From Octopus vulgaris (Eukaryota), in assembly GCA_951406725.2 (NCBI GenBank), contig OX597815.1, forward strand, positions 64,666,001-64,730,000: DNA of 64,000 nt. The letters run 5' to 3'. Below, piece after piece: positions 1 through 13,649 of this stretch. Numbering within the stretch: position 1 is the stretch's first letter; the number at the start of each line of letters is the position of its first letter. A program made the position numbers and the translations under genes. The notes under the pieces are model-generated. The model was not told where the DNA came from and made no database searches. It saw nothing but the letters and a program-made list of their open reading frames with translations.

Positions 1-744
1 TCTTAGTGCGTCTAAAGGTAAGAAGATGGTAATTGTATCCGAAATTAAATTTTCCCCTCCCTCGGACTCAATATATCGTTTGGACTCTATCCAGCCTGTG
101 CCACAATTTTGTCCTTGTATGTGCCTAATAAACAACGGAGGATATATCGTAAGCCTGTCGTAAAGAGAATTTAGATTTATTTGTACATGTGCATAGATAT
201 AGCATACAGCATGGAAATAATCTTTCATCATGGGTCGATTTAAGGCCAGACCGGTTTCGTCGCTTTACAAGAGAACTGCTAGATAAAGTGGAATAGGGTG
301 GCGTTAATGCTTCGGGGAAATGTCCGACATTTTGTGACCCACGTTGAAACATATTTTCGTTTTGTCATCCATGCTGTGGCTTTAACAAACTAAGGATAAC
401 TGTAATAGCTTAACGATTATTCACTTTTGCTACTTACTGATGATATATTCTTCATTCTCAACTTCGTTTATTCCTTTACCCACCTGCGATAAGCTACTAA
501 GAACCTTCAAACATACATTAATGTCACTTTAGACCAATTCTCAGTCATTCCCTTTTTCAATTTATGAACATACATTTTAGACATTAAAGTGTGTATTTAA
601 ACATAAGTATATAGACGTAGTGTTATTTTAGCACATGTTAGAGTGCATGCGTACGCGCATCTCTGTGTGTGGTTTTGTTTGTTTGTGTGTGTGTGGGTGT
701 AATCCAAATAATGAGATATAGAAATACTTTAACACATCTTTAAT

Positions 745-852
745 GATCAATTACAGTTGCTTCTTGCAACGCCAGTTTAAACAAAATTCGAAGTGAAGAT
801 TTACGTAATAATGTCTAAAGCAAACATTAGAGTGGTACTTCATCAGATTTGC
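745..852 (-). ncRNA. Degenerate hammerhead ribozyme motif in a PLE-type terminal fragment
   Basis: Minus strand: aat-CTGATGA (840-846) ... GAAGC AACT GTA-att (749-763). The GAAAC box is mutated and helix II is poor. Confidence 0.4.
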
Positions 853-1019
853 ATCAAAGCTGCGCTTTTATATTGCGCGTCATCCAGATTTTTTTTTTGT
901 TTTTTGCTTATGTCGGGAGGAAACAATAAATAAATAAAATACGATAAGGAGATGACTAACTAGTTTAAAGAACATGCAAGAAGAGGAAAAAGGAGGAGGA
1001 GGAAAATGGTGGTAAAGGC

Positions 1020-1062
<43 letters not shown>

Positions 1063-1300
1063 TGCAAATTCTATTATATACATGCATATTTATACATCCA
1101 TGCAAATATATAACATTCATACATATATGATACATTCATATGTATACAAAGACACACACATACACACACACATATATATATATAGTATATATACATATTA
1201 ATTTATCAATACGTATGTACTAATGAATGTATGTATATGGCGATATGTATGTAAACATTTATACACGCATACATATATATGCATGAGAGAGAGAAAGAGA

Positions 1301-1378
<78 letters not shown>

Positions 1379-2446
1379 GTGTGTGTGCAAAGCTCGTTTC
1401 CGTACATGTAATAACAGTAACAGCTAAAAATACGAAACTCATGGTTTCGTCGTCACCTTTCTCATCGTTTCTAAATTGTTTCGATTAAGAACTGCAGCAA
1501 AGTGAGAATATCTTTCCATGCCCCACTCTGCTGACCACTCGCCATTGATATGCAGCTTTCGTCTAACCTACAATCACGTGACGACACCATGGCTGGCGCC
1601 ATCCACACCATTATCTTAGTAACAGCAATTTGGAGACATTTACTGTGTTTTATGCACCAACAGATAACCTCGGGTGATTTGTCCTACCATGGGAGTTCCT
1701 GCGCTATATTCCACAATACATTATATTCTTGAATACTAAAATCTACCAAGACGCGTCATGCTGTCGTTTGGTCTTGTTTTTTCTTTTCCTTTTTTTTTTC
1801 TCGTAGATATATGAGTGTTGATGTATATATGTTTTGCATACAGATTAATGTGTCTGTATGTATATATAAATTAATGTGTATATATACTTTACACACACAC
1901 CTTCACACACATATACATAGACACATACACATACATATACATATACACATAGCAGTATTATGAATAGAAAGAGAAACACAGAAAGAGAGATGTAAATATA
2001 TTCCACATATATACACGTAGGGTCATGAAACAACACACTCTATGAAAAAGAACATACCTACCCATTAGAAAATACAAGCACACATCTTAAACACATGTGT
2101 ATACATGCATGCATACACTCAAACATACATATATACATACAAACACATGTACACAAACACATACACATACGCACACAAGCATTTTGCATGCACATGTATG
2201 CATGTGTGCACAGACAGAAAATCACCTATGAACATATAAAATACATACAAGCATACGAGCAGTTCAAATCCTTGTTAGATTATCTTGTCGACGATGTAAG
2301 CGCAGGCAAGCGAGTCGTATATATGAAGTCAAACCAAATATTGATATTTTATATTCAAAATATCAATAGTTGGTTCGATTTTATTATACACGCGCGTACA
2401 CAAACACACACATAAGTACATATATATATATGAGTGTGTGTATCTG

Positions 2447-2541
<95 letters not shown>

Positions 2542-2548
2542 GTATATA

Positions 2549-2598
<50 letters not shown>

Positions 2599-2886
2599 CA
2601 CATATACATATACATGTATGTATATATTCATATAGGTGAATGTATGTATATTATAGCCATATATATGTGTGTGTGTGTATACATATATTAAAACATACAT
2701 ATATATACATGAATGTATATACATAAAAAGAAACGCGCGCGCACACACACATACACAATTATTCATATGTAAACACATATACATACACATTCCAAAATTA
2801 AATTCTGAGTTAGAAGCAGCTCTAATAATGTGAACATATATCGATGTAATATACTTAATGTCTGAGTTTTTATAAACGCTTTCAGA

Positions 2887-4208
2887 GTGCCCCACACAAT
2901 TCTTATGACACTATGACTGGATTCTGGACTAGGGGCTTGATCATTCAGATGTCAATGTCATGTATTTTGACTTCGCAGAGGCTTTTATAAGGTGGACCAT
3001 AGCATGATATGTCACAAGCCTGAGACCTTGGCAAAGCTAGTAGACTAGAAGAGTGTCTGCATGGCTTTCCAAAAGATAGAAGTCAGGAAGTTGCAGCCAA
3101 TAATGCCCTCTCCGAGGAAACAAGGATTCTGAACGGCAAACCCCACGGAACTGTCTTGAGACCATTACTGCTTATAGTCGCTCCCTTGGACATGCCGATG
3201 GTCCTTCAGACAGCCATTGTGAATAGCTACTACTTACAAAATTATTACAGGCAGAGAGACCTAAATACAATATACAATTGGGCTGAAGAAAACAACATGC
3301 AGTTTAATATTGGAAAAACTTCAATCGTTGCCCTATCAGCACACAAATGCACCGCAGCCGGCATATATAAGACCCGAAGACACTACAATCCCAGAATCAT
3401 AGACAGGGAGAGACTTGGGGATCAGTATGTGTAATGATGCGTTGTTTCGTATGCACATTACCAGATGGCAACAAAGTGCAAACATCTGGTAGGATGGATA
3501 GTAGGGCCCTTCAAGACAAGATACCAAGAAGTCAAGTTGACTCTATGAAGGGCTTTTGTTCTCAGATGCCTAAATTACTGCTTTCAACTGTGTTCATGAC
3601 AAAATGCCAAACTAACAACGGAGCGGTCCAAAGCCACAACACTAAAAGACTGAGACAGATGAACTACTGATCGAGGCTGTTTATTCCTTGGTGCGAAGAT
3701 GCGACGTACAAGTAATAATCTACATATGGAATATTCTGGAAAGGCAAGTACCTAATTTAGACACAGGTGTTACAGAAATTCCCGAACTGGACACCATTGC
3801 ATTGTACCAAATGTACTGTCCATTCCATATAAAGCCAGGACCAGGTGCTACAATAGTTTAGGGTTCGAAGACACACAGATCTTCATCATCCTGCCAAAAA
3901 AATTAAGAAACTTACACAATGTGGAAGTGGATGTCTTCAAAAAGGAACTGAACATTTTCCTATCCACGACACTGGACGAACCAACAGCCCGGCATGAAGT
4001 ACCGGTGGCAGTTGCAACACCAAACCCCTCTCATACGCAAAATGGGGCAACAACGAAAGGGAAAAGCACACGCAGGAGAGATGATATGAAATCTTAACAC
4101 ACTGAAGATATCAACTACGGAAGTGTGATAAATAAAAGTACAAAATCACAGTGGTGCTGCAGCATGGCCGCAGCTGCATGTCTGAAACGACGAAAAGAAT
4201 AAAAGAAT
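2887..4208 (+). mobile_element. Degenerate CR1-group LINE, 3' part (RT to 3' tail)
   Basis: Frameshifted RT motifs (VMYFDFAEAFYKVDH ~2955; WAEENNMQFN in ORF 3156-3434; DEP C-terminal motif ~3975). 3' tail GGTGCTGCAGCATGGCCGCAG...CTGAAAC...(AAAAGAAT)2. Confidence 0.75.
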
Positions 4209-4225
4209 ATATAGATATATACATA

Positions 4226-4620
4226 TACTCTTTTACTTGTTTCAGTCATTTGACTGCGGCCATGCTGGAGCACCGCCTTTAATCGAGCAACTCAACCCCG
4301 GGACTTATTCTTTGTAAGCCTAGTACTTATTCTATCATTCTCTTTTGCCGAACCGCTAAGTGACGGGGACATAAACACACCAGCATCGGTTGTCAAGCAA
4401 TGCCAAGGGACAAACACAAACATACACGCACACACACATATATATATATACATATATACGGCGGGCTTCTTTCAGTTTCCATCTACTAAATCCACTCACA
4501 AGGCTTTAGTCGGCCCGAGGCTATAGTAGAAGACACTTGCCCAATGTGCCACGCAGTGGGTCTGAACCCGGAACCATGTGGTTGGTAAGCAAGCTACTTA
4601 CCACACAGCCACTCCTGCGC
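4226..4620 (-). mobile_element. tRNA-derived SINE (abundant octopus-type family A), full length
   Basis: Reverse complement of copies at 19374 and 38932. A/B-box-like head (TGGCTGTGTGGTAAG ... GGTTCAGACCC), internal TA/TG microsatellite, tail CAGCATGGCCGCAGTCAAATGACTGAAACAAGTAAAAGAG. Confidence 0.9.
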
Positions 4621-4633
4621 ATATATATATATC

Positions 4634-4669
<36 letters not shown>

Positions 4670-4778
4670 AGAACTGGTCTCATGTATTGATTGCTCAATT
4701 CTTTCATGTGTAAACATATATGTATGTGAGTGTGTGTGCAGACGTGGGCTTCCAAATAAAAAAGCGTATAAATGCTGG

Positions 4779-4865
<87 letters not shown>

Positions 4866-5407
4866 GTCTACATATTTAAGAAAGTTCGTTTTCCGAAATC
4901 CACCGTGAATTCCTATTTTTACATGTGCCTGAAGCGGCAATTATATCCGCCATAACAACTAGCAGCTTCCATAGTAATTCCCTAGAGCTACAAACTTAGT
5001 GAGTCTTATGGCTGCTAGTCAAATATCTCCCTATATTCTACTCACTTTTACTTATTTAGACTTGTGAAGAGATTTTACATTTTTAATTTTGAATCATACA
5101 CACACACATGTATCTGTGTGTGTGTATACATATATATATATATAAGCATACACACATATGCATACACATATAACATAATATAACATTTTATATGATTTCC
5201 TTTATATTTCTGTGGATTTTTACATTTTTAATTCTCAATTATATACTTATACTTACATACATGTGTGTGTGTATACGTGCATATTTATATAAGAACATAA
5301 ACATATAGATAGATATTGCATGCATACACAAAATATATACATATATTACATATGCGTGCATGATCACATGTGCGTATGTAAACACACACACACACACATA
5401 CACACAC

Positions 5408-5443
<36 letters not shown>

Positions 5444-5731
5444 ATGTATCTGTGTATGTATCTAAACACATTAGTATATTTCCATCACAAGATTTTTTAG
5501 AGGACTGTTTCAATATTTGCATAAAATCGCATGTACATATGCTTATAGCTTTACAAACATAAATATATATGTAAATATATGTACATATATATATATATAT
5601 AAGTATATATTCATATATATGTGTTTGTGTGTATGTATATAAGTTATATAGAAGAATATAAATATATTATAAACACATTGTACAACAGCTCTAATAAACA
5701 TACATTGCTTACACATACATATATACATGAG

Positions 5732-5763
<32 letters not shown>

Positions 5764-6005
5764 TGTGCATGTGTGTGCAAATACAAGCGCGCATTTTCAT
5801 TGCGTAAGCGCATACATTTCATGGCGAAAATTTTCATACAAAGTTTAACAAACTTACACATATATACACAGTTGTAAGAAATTTACATAAATCCGTAATC
5901 TATGCAGTTTTCTCATTTTCCCTTAAATAATCGTTTTCTTATCAAAAGTATCATATAAATGGTATGACCCTTATCTCTTCTTCTCGTTTTCTCCCTATAT
6001 ATATA

Positions 6006-6036
<31 letters not shown>

Positions 6037-6124
6037 TAAATTTATGGAGTGAAGTCCCTTCAAACTCATCAATTTAGTTGAAACTGGAGGAAGCTAGTTG
6101 TTAAAATATATAAGAAATTTAATT

Positions 6125-6223
6125 CTTACAGACGATCGTTTCGTACAGAGTTATAATACTAATGTAAATTCACGATTGAATTAAATCAAATTAATCAAAT
6201 ATCAATGTACTCTTCAGTGCAGG
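6125..6223 (-). ncRNA. Type I hammerhead ribozyme (long loop II, palindromic GAUC loop III)
   Basis: Minus strand: tgca-CTGAAGA (6211-6217)-GTACA...TGTAC-GAAAC (6138-6142)-GATC-GTC (6131-6133)-tgta. Helices I, II and III can all form. Confidence 0.85.
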
Positions 6224-6506
6224 ATGTAAAAACCATAATACAAAGAATTTGAGAAGGAATATAGAAGAAAAATTTAATCTAGGCAATTCATACTTTTATC
6301 CGTGTGAGAAAGAGATGTGAGTCATGTCGGATATTTAAGTTATGGTTAAATATCCGACATGACTCACGGATCAAAATATGAACCTCTTAGATTCAAATTT
6401 TCTGTTATATTTTTTCTCAAGTTTTTTGTAGTATGGTTTTTACTTCCTGCACTGAAGAGTACATTGATATTTAATTAATTTGATTTAATTCAATCATGGA
6501 TTTATA

Positions 6507-6560
<54 letters not shown>

Positions 6561-6561
<1 letters not shown>

Positions 6562-7396
6562 TTTTTTTTTCTTCTTTCAAATTTGCTTCCATTTCTTGCC
6601 GAGTGTCTTCCCGACTCCTAGGGCAAAGAAACTCATAGTATACATTGGTAGGCCATTAAACCAAACTCAATAGTTCGTTAATTTTTTTTTTTTTTTTTTA
6701 AGTTAAATTAAAATACATGAGCAGCAACAGTTCTCACATCGACAATGCTCTTCTCAATACGTGTGATGTACCAGTTAAGACAATCTTTTGCACTTCTTGC
6801 AGGGATGGTAAGCCAGGGATCATTCTCATATAATTTTCGGTTCCCTTCTTGATCATTCCTAGTGCTCCTACGATCACTGGTATTGTAACCGCCTTGAGAT
6901 GCCACATTTTCTCAATTTCAATGAGTAGGTCTTTATATTTTCTGAGCTTATCAAACTCTTTCGCTGAGATATTATGATCACAGGGGGTGGTCATGTCGAT
7001 CAATAAGCAAACTTTATTGTTTTGGTCTTTCACAACAATATCTGGTTTATTGGCCTTGATGGTTCGGTCTGTATGTACTGGAAAGTCCCACAGAATGGTT
7101 ACATTTTCTCCTTCAGTTACAGCCTCAGGGTGGTGATTATACCACTTGTCGGCAGTTTTGATATTGTATTGCCGACTTATTAGCCAGTGTAGATATTGGC
7201 CAACTCTGTCATGTCTTAATTTATACTCCACTGGAGCTAAGACTTTACATCCAGAGATTAGGTGGTCCACTGTTTCAACCATGTCATTGCAGAATCGGCA
7301 TTTTGGGTCTGCTCCATTTTTCATCACATTGGCCTGGTAGTTCCGGGTTAATAGGCTTTGATCTTGAGCAGCCAGGATGAAACCTTCGCTCTCTGC
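6561..7396 (-). mobile_element. R4/Dong-like non-LTR retrotransposon, 5'-truncated copy 1 (CCHC zinc knuckle and restriction-like endonuclease)
   Basis: ORF 6734-7327: CRFC...HLISGC, RHD, KPDIVVKD...LIDMTTPCD, K..KY, IPVIVGALG. Flanked by (ATT)n on both sides. Confidence 0.9.
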
Positions 7397-7449
<53 letters not shown>

Positions 7450-8087
7450 TATGGGTTTTTCTTCTTCTTTCAAATTTGCTTCCATTTCTTGCTGAGTGTC
7501 TTCCCGACTCCTAGGGCAAAGAAACTATAGTATATATTGGTAGGCCATTAAACTAAACGCACTAGTTCGTTCATTTTTTTTTGTTGATAGAAATGAAGTT
7601 AAATTAAAATACATGGGTAGTAATAGTTCTCACATCGACAATGCTCTTCTTAATATGTGTGATGTACCAGTTAAGACAATCTTTTGCACTTCTTTTTTTG
7701 CAGGGATGGTAAGCCAGGGATCATTCTCATATAACTTTCGGTTCCCTTCTTGATCATTCCTAGTGCTCCTACGATCACTGGTATTGTAACTGCCTTGAGA
7801 TGCCACATTTTCTCAATTTCAATGAGCAGGTCTTTATATTTTCTGAGCTTGTCAAACTCTTTCGCCGATATATTATGATCACAGGGGATGGTCATGTCGA
7901 TCAATAAGCAAACTTTATTGTTTTGGTCTTTCACAACAATATCCGGTTTATTGGCTTTGATGGTTCGGTCTGTATGTACTGGAAAGTTCCACAGTATCGA
8001 TACATTTTCTCCTTCAGTTACAGCTTCAGTGTGGTGATTATACCACTTGTCGGCAGTTTTGATATTGTAATGCCGACTTGTCATGTC
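7450..8087 (-). mobile_element. R4/Dong-like retrotransposon, 5'-truncated copy 2
   Basis: ORF 7671-8084 is nearly identical to copy 1, with the same 3' UTR. Flanked by (ATT)n. Confidence 0.9.
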
Positions 8088-8162
<75 letters not shown>

Positions 8163-8889
8163 CTCTGTACGAAACGATCGTCTGCAAGAATTAAACTTCT
8201 TATTTATTTTAACAACTTGTCTCCTCCATTTTTAACTAAATTGATGAGTTTTATGGAACTTCATTCTATCAATTCACCACATATTATATACAAGTACTAC
8301 TTTCATATCTTCGCAAATTTACGCCTGTAAACTCCCAGCAAAGTATGAAGAATCAACATTAGAAATCTGTTTTGGAAACCTCCAAATTAAAGGACGAATC
8401 CACATTCAACCTTTATACACCTATTACTATTACCATTATATATAAATATATATATAAACATACATATATCTATATACATATACATACCTACATACATACA
8501 TGCATACATGCATAAACATATATATAAATACATAAAATACATACATATACTGAATAACTATCAACCTATAAGTTAATGCTGACGTCTGAGTATCATGCAT
8601 ATATTTTATTTTACACCTCTGTCACTGTCCCAATCTTTCTTTGTTTCGCGAGTCATCGATACAAGTATATGTCTAGCAATATATCATCTAGTATTCATTT
8701 CTTTTCTTCTTTTACTTGTTACAGGTTTAGATGTAATCGACTTAGCCCCTTCCCGAAGCTGTTGGCCTTGTATCAAAATTTGAAACCAATATTAGTCAGC
8801 ATAATACCACGTTTTGTAAAAAAAAAGTGCAATATTGAATGAAGCATGGAAAATAAGGGGAGCTACATTCGTTGAAATAAACTCACGTA

Positions 8890-9570
8890 TTATATATCCT
8901 TTTCTTGGACAAGAACAGAACGATCGATATGGTACACAGGACTTTGTGGTCTAGAGATGCTCCCACCATTATCCTTCTCTTCTCCACCTTCAACCGTCTC
9001 CACCTTGAATATTGTTGTCTTGTGTGGTCTCCTTGCACGAAATAAAAGATTACAAAAGAAATCAATGATAACAAGAATATCGATGACATGACAGGTCTTG
9101 ATTATTGGGATCGGCTCGAGATGCTCAAGTTTTATTCCTTCCAACACCGCCGTGAGAGTGTATCATTTGTATGAAATGGAAAATATTCCCAAATACTATT
9201 AGCATCTACATAAGAATGAACTCAATGCTCGGTCCTCCGTGCTATCCGTCCTTCACAAAAATCATGCTCGTGTCACATCACAGTACCAAGCAGAAATTTC
9301 ACCTCAACTGGCCCCACTTTCTGTAACGTAATGCCAAGACACATAAGAGAAGAAAAAAGATCTCATAACATTCGAACGGTTCCTGGATAGATATCTCAAA
9401 AATATAACAGATTAATCACTTACACCCAGATATATCTCTACGAACAATAACTCTTTACCCGAATGGACTATAGTGCCCAAAGAATGATTATAATATAAAA
9501 CATCGTTAAATGTCTTGTCCAGATGGTGCTTTAAGTTAGCCATGGCCTGGGCCAATTCTAACCGAAACTT
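8890..9570 (+). mobile_element. Degenerate CR1-group LINE 3' fragment
   Basis: HLEYCCLVWSP (~9001) and RRE motif (~9147). Tail GGTGCT...CATGGCC...CGAAAC resembles that of the 2887-4208 element. Confidence 0.65.
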
Positions 9571-10645
9571 ATCTACGTATCTATGTACATATGTGTGTAT
9601 GTGAGTGTGTGTATGCATGTATGTCTGTATATGTATGTGTGTGTGTGAGAGAGAGAGAGTGTGTGTGTATACATACATGTATGTAAATGCATAAATGGAT
9701 AGTCACCTATATAGGTATGTATTGAGTGTGTATCACGATCAGTTTATGCGTTTATATATTTCACTCTCTCCCTTTCTCCTTCTATCTCTCTCCCTTGCTC
9801 TCTCTCCTTCTCTCTCTGTCTCTTTCTCCTTTTCTCCCTTACTTCCCTACATAAAACCCTCACATGGGGTATATTTAATTAAAACGGTATTTATCACGTA
9901 CTAAATATACCTGACTATCACGTATATCACGAGGGATGCATGCTTAATTTACGACAGAGCAGCATATCCAACGAACTGGCTATTAGAAACACATTTCTCA
10001 TGCTTGCGCACGCATGTGTATATGTGATCGTGTGACTCTGTTTATATTTATACGTGCCTGTGAGTGTATGTGTGTGTATTCGAGTAGGTGTGTGTATGTG
10101 GTGCATACATGCGTTTGACTTTTCTGACGGTTCTCAGTGATTTCATGTAATTTTGCGGACATCATCTAGGAAGTATATACTTGTCAAGCCTACTTACTCT
10201 GTATCTTCCAAATTAAAATTGTTGAATGTTCTGCTGCCTCTGTCTGTTCTATGTTTCACCTCCCAGTTCACACAAAACATGTCATCTAATTTTTTCCTTG
10301 ATCGCCAGAACTGCAACCCTCTGGGATTCATGTCCCACTCAATATTTTTCCTTCGGAGATTGACTTACCTACTAACCCTATGACAACAAACCATAACAAA
10401 TATTTAACTATTTTATGTTGTTGAAATTGTCAAATTGATAACAGTTTCTATTTCTTATTCGAGCGTCATTTCATTAGTTTTTCTACTAAGCAGTTTACTC
10501 TGCATTATGCTAGTTCACTGCCAGCTGTAGGGAATACATAAATACTTATAAATGTGTGTGTGTGCACGCGCATGTATATGCATAAATTTATATGTACGTA
10601 TGCATGTATGTGTGTTTGTGTGTATGTATGTGTATATGTGTGTGT

Positions 10646-11596
10646 TCTTTTCTGTTTTTAATTATTTGAATTCCACTGAGGAAGGAACTGGTTTCTAACA
10701 ATGATACAAAGCTTCATCGCTGGAATGTAGATAACAAAAACAGTGTCACATTCTTAACTTGAGAAAAGTCTTGCATATTTTTACTGTTCCACTTTCAGAT
10801 TGTATTTGTAATGAGCGAGTTAGTTGGTTGATTTCTTTTTCTGAAAATCAAAGCTTATCTCGATTGTCACTTGGGCATTAACTCACAAAACCAAGTTAAA
10901 TTATCATTGGTATAAATGTAAATTTGTAATCCGGATATAGAAGCTACAGGTTTCGAAGCAGTTATCCATAGTTATCCTATTTCTCTTTGATTTTCAAAGA
11001 GATATTCACATCAGCAGGATAGCTGGCCTCTCTGACGGTACATACTTTTTCTTGTCTGTCTCAAACAACAATATCTGGCCTGTTATGTTTACACTTGACA
11101 GACGTTTTGTTGGGAATGTTGCACCAGTATTCCTTGTGTTGATATTTCTGTACGTATTCAATAATAGGGGGATTCTCTATATTTATTGCAAGATTCTCTT
11201 TTTTTTTTCCGAATGACATTGTATATTGTTTTTGTGACAAAGTCGTGTCGCATGGAGGGGAAGTATATCATGGTACTTTCGGGCAGCTGCTTATGACATA
11301 TGTGATGTCTTCCAAAATATATGACATGATATACATCATCAGAGCTCCAAGAGTCTCACTGTCTCTTTTGTTTATTGAGTATTTAGAACCAACTTCCTGT
11401 TCTTGGATTGCAAACGCACAGCCTTTGAAGTGTGGTGTGATGCTGCAGTCACGAGCTCAAGAGAGGCTTCACTTGATGCTGATATTACTATCTTCTTCAA
11501 GTCTTCTGAAAATATACCCATGTATAGTCTTTTTATGGTATGCTGAGCGTTTCACAACCAGGTTTTCTTTGAAGTATATTAGTCCACCAGTTTTTA
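10646..11596 (-). mobile_element. RLE-encoding (R4-like) LINE family B, 3' fragment
   Basis: Minus translation gives AFAIQEQEVGSKY, HNRPDIV, SYPADVNISLKI and LLYPDYKFTFIP. The 3' UTR matches those at 29850, 34785 and 37600. The 3' end abuts TG/TATG repeats. Confidence 0.75.
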
Positions 11597-11882
11597 GTTA
11601 GTTAGTTAGTTAATTTTTGGCTCAAAAAGCGAAAAGCAAGGCCATGTAGGGGGACATGGAGTTATGTACAGGTTGGTGCTCATGTAAAGAGTTCAGGCCA
11701 CTTGTGGTCAAGGGAGACTTTGAACCGAGCGGTCGTCGGCATCTTCACCATCTCGTCCGGCAGCTTATTCCACGGATCTGCAACCCGGACGGAGAAAGCC
11801 CCTCTCCTTCGATTGAGATGAAATCGTCGCAGATAGAGCTTTTCGGAGTGACCCCGCAGCCGACGCTCTGGAGCAGGAGTGG
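11597..11882 (-). mobile_element. Short CR1 LINE 3' end with (AACT)n tail
   Basis: Minus translation RGHSEKLYLRRFHLNRRRGAFSVRVADPWNKLP...FKVSLD. Near-identical to 46993-47236. Confidence 0.8.
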
Positions 11883-12584
11883 GTTGTAGGGGAAGTAATC
11901 AGAAAGAGTGTTTCTTGAGAAGCTCGCTACCCACATATAGGATATTGTTCTCTTCACTTTTCAGTACTAAGTTAACGTATATGTTCTTGATGCTGTTGTA
12001 TAACAATTGCTGACTGGGACAGACTAGTTGACAGTTGAAGGCTGTCTTCACTGATCTCGAGACTTTACTTTCTTTATCTCATCTTATTATGTGTGTATGT
12101 ATATGTGTATGTATGTATGTATGTATGTATGTATGTATGTACGTATATGTATGTATGCATGCATATATGTATGTATGTATGTATGTATATGTATGTATGT
12201 ATGCATGCATATATGTATGTATGTATGTATATGTATGTATGCATGCATATATGTATGTATGTATGTATGTATATGTACGTATGTATGCATATATGTATGT
12301 ATGTATGTACGTATATGTATGTATGCATGTATATATGTATGTATATAGGAAAAAATAAGTCCAAAAGAGAACAATTGAAATTTATTGAGCGGTCCAAAAG
12401 AGAGAAGAATGATTTATAATAAAGTTTCATTATATTCATTAAAAACAGCCAGAGAAAGTAATAAGAATATGAAAATAGTAGTTGGAAAATATCGTTATAG
12501 GTATAAAAAATACCATAAACAATTATAGAAAAATGGAGGCGAAAAAGATGTAGAATCAAAATTAGATACAAAATAGGATACAAT

Positions 12585-12681
12585 ACATACGTGCTTTTCA
12601 AAGGACGATACAAATATGTAAGAAAAAATTATAACCTTAGTAATTATAATTAAATTTATGAATTGTCATTTTCATCAGTGT
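12585..12681 (-). ncRNA. HHR in the PLE 3' repeat (helix III mutated)
   Basis: aca-CTGATGA-aaatgacaat...atcgtccttt-GAAAA-GCAC-GTA-tgt. Confidence 0.65.
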
Positions 12682-13612
12682 GAGGAATTTTTGTAAGGAC
12701 ATCAAAAAATGTTTAGTAAAATAAAGTAAATTAAAATAAGATACAATAAGGGAGAATACAAATGGGGTAATAGGGAAAAAATCGGATATTTGCAAGCAAG
12801 TTTTAAAAAGGGGAAAATAACAGTAAAAGTAATAGTAAGAGAGACGAAAGGGAAAAAAGACAGACATATCCATGTGTATGCACGTCTATATGTGCCGTAA
12901 ACTATAACATAAAAATAAGAATGAAAAGCTAACACGTATGCTTTAAAAATGGTAACAGGTCGAGACAAAGTATAATAAACAGGGCCACGTGTGTATAGTA
13001 GAATATAACGTAACAGGTGGACTAGTAGAAAAAACATAGATAGTTATACGTATGCATATTAATATTGAAAAACGAAAAAAAATATATGTATATATATATA
13101 TATTGCACGAGGCTAAAAAGCGATAGGTAAAGCTACGTTTGAAAAAAGTTACAATATTAAAGTAAAAATGTACATACATGCAGAGAAAAAAACCAAAAAT
13201 AATTTAACAAGGAAATAACATGGATCAGAAAAGACCGGCCGGTGTAACTCAAGATAGTTACCTTACTCAAAATCTAGCCCGACGTAGGGGAGACAATCAG
13301 TAAAAAAGTAGGGACCGAAACGAATATATGAAGGAGAAAAATGCTGATAAAAAAACGTATACACTTAACACATAAGGATATACAGTCATAAGCATATACA
13401 TACATACACACAAACAACACACACAAAATAAAAAAACGTACATACATTCACACATACACATACAGGGGTGCATGTGTGTGGGAAGATACAAGTAAAATAA
13501 AGAAATACATATTCACATAAGACGTGTATAAATATAAATAAATAAATAAATAAATATACATATACACATATACATACACATATACAACCAAATACACATA
13601 CACATATACATG

Positions 13613-13649
<37 letters not shown>

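Larger units (their letters stand above)
6447..8188 (+). ncRNA. Hammerhead ribozyme split by a ~1.6-kb insertion in loop II
   Basis: tgca-CTGAAGA-GTACA at 6448-6463 and TGTAC-GAAAC-GATC-GTC-tgca at 8166-8186. The intervening DNA is (ATT)n plus two LINE fragments. Confidence 0.8.
6032..8280. mobile_element. Fold-back PLE-derived element (inverted terminal repeats), right arm interrupted by two LINE insertions
   Basis: 6032-6338 is the reverse complement of 6346-6508 plus 8158-8280, centred near 6342. Each arm carries an HHR. Confidence 0.85.

Noticed and set aside
245-262. GAAACCGGTC on the minus strand, a typical PLE HHR 3' half
   Set aside because: No matching CUGANGA core or helix I was found.
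10690-10730. GATGA...GAAAC-CA-GTT on the minus strand resembling an HHR
   Set aside because: Sister copies (34980, 37790) conserve a GGAGC..GCTCC 3'-UTR hairpin of the LINE but not the catalytic core.
13225-13272. GTAAC..GTTAC hairpin followed by CCGGTC on the minus strand
   Set aside because: Both core boxes are destroyed; at most a fossil.
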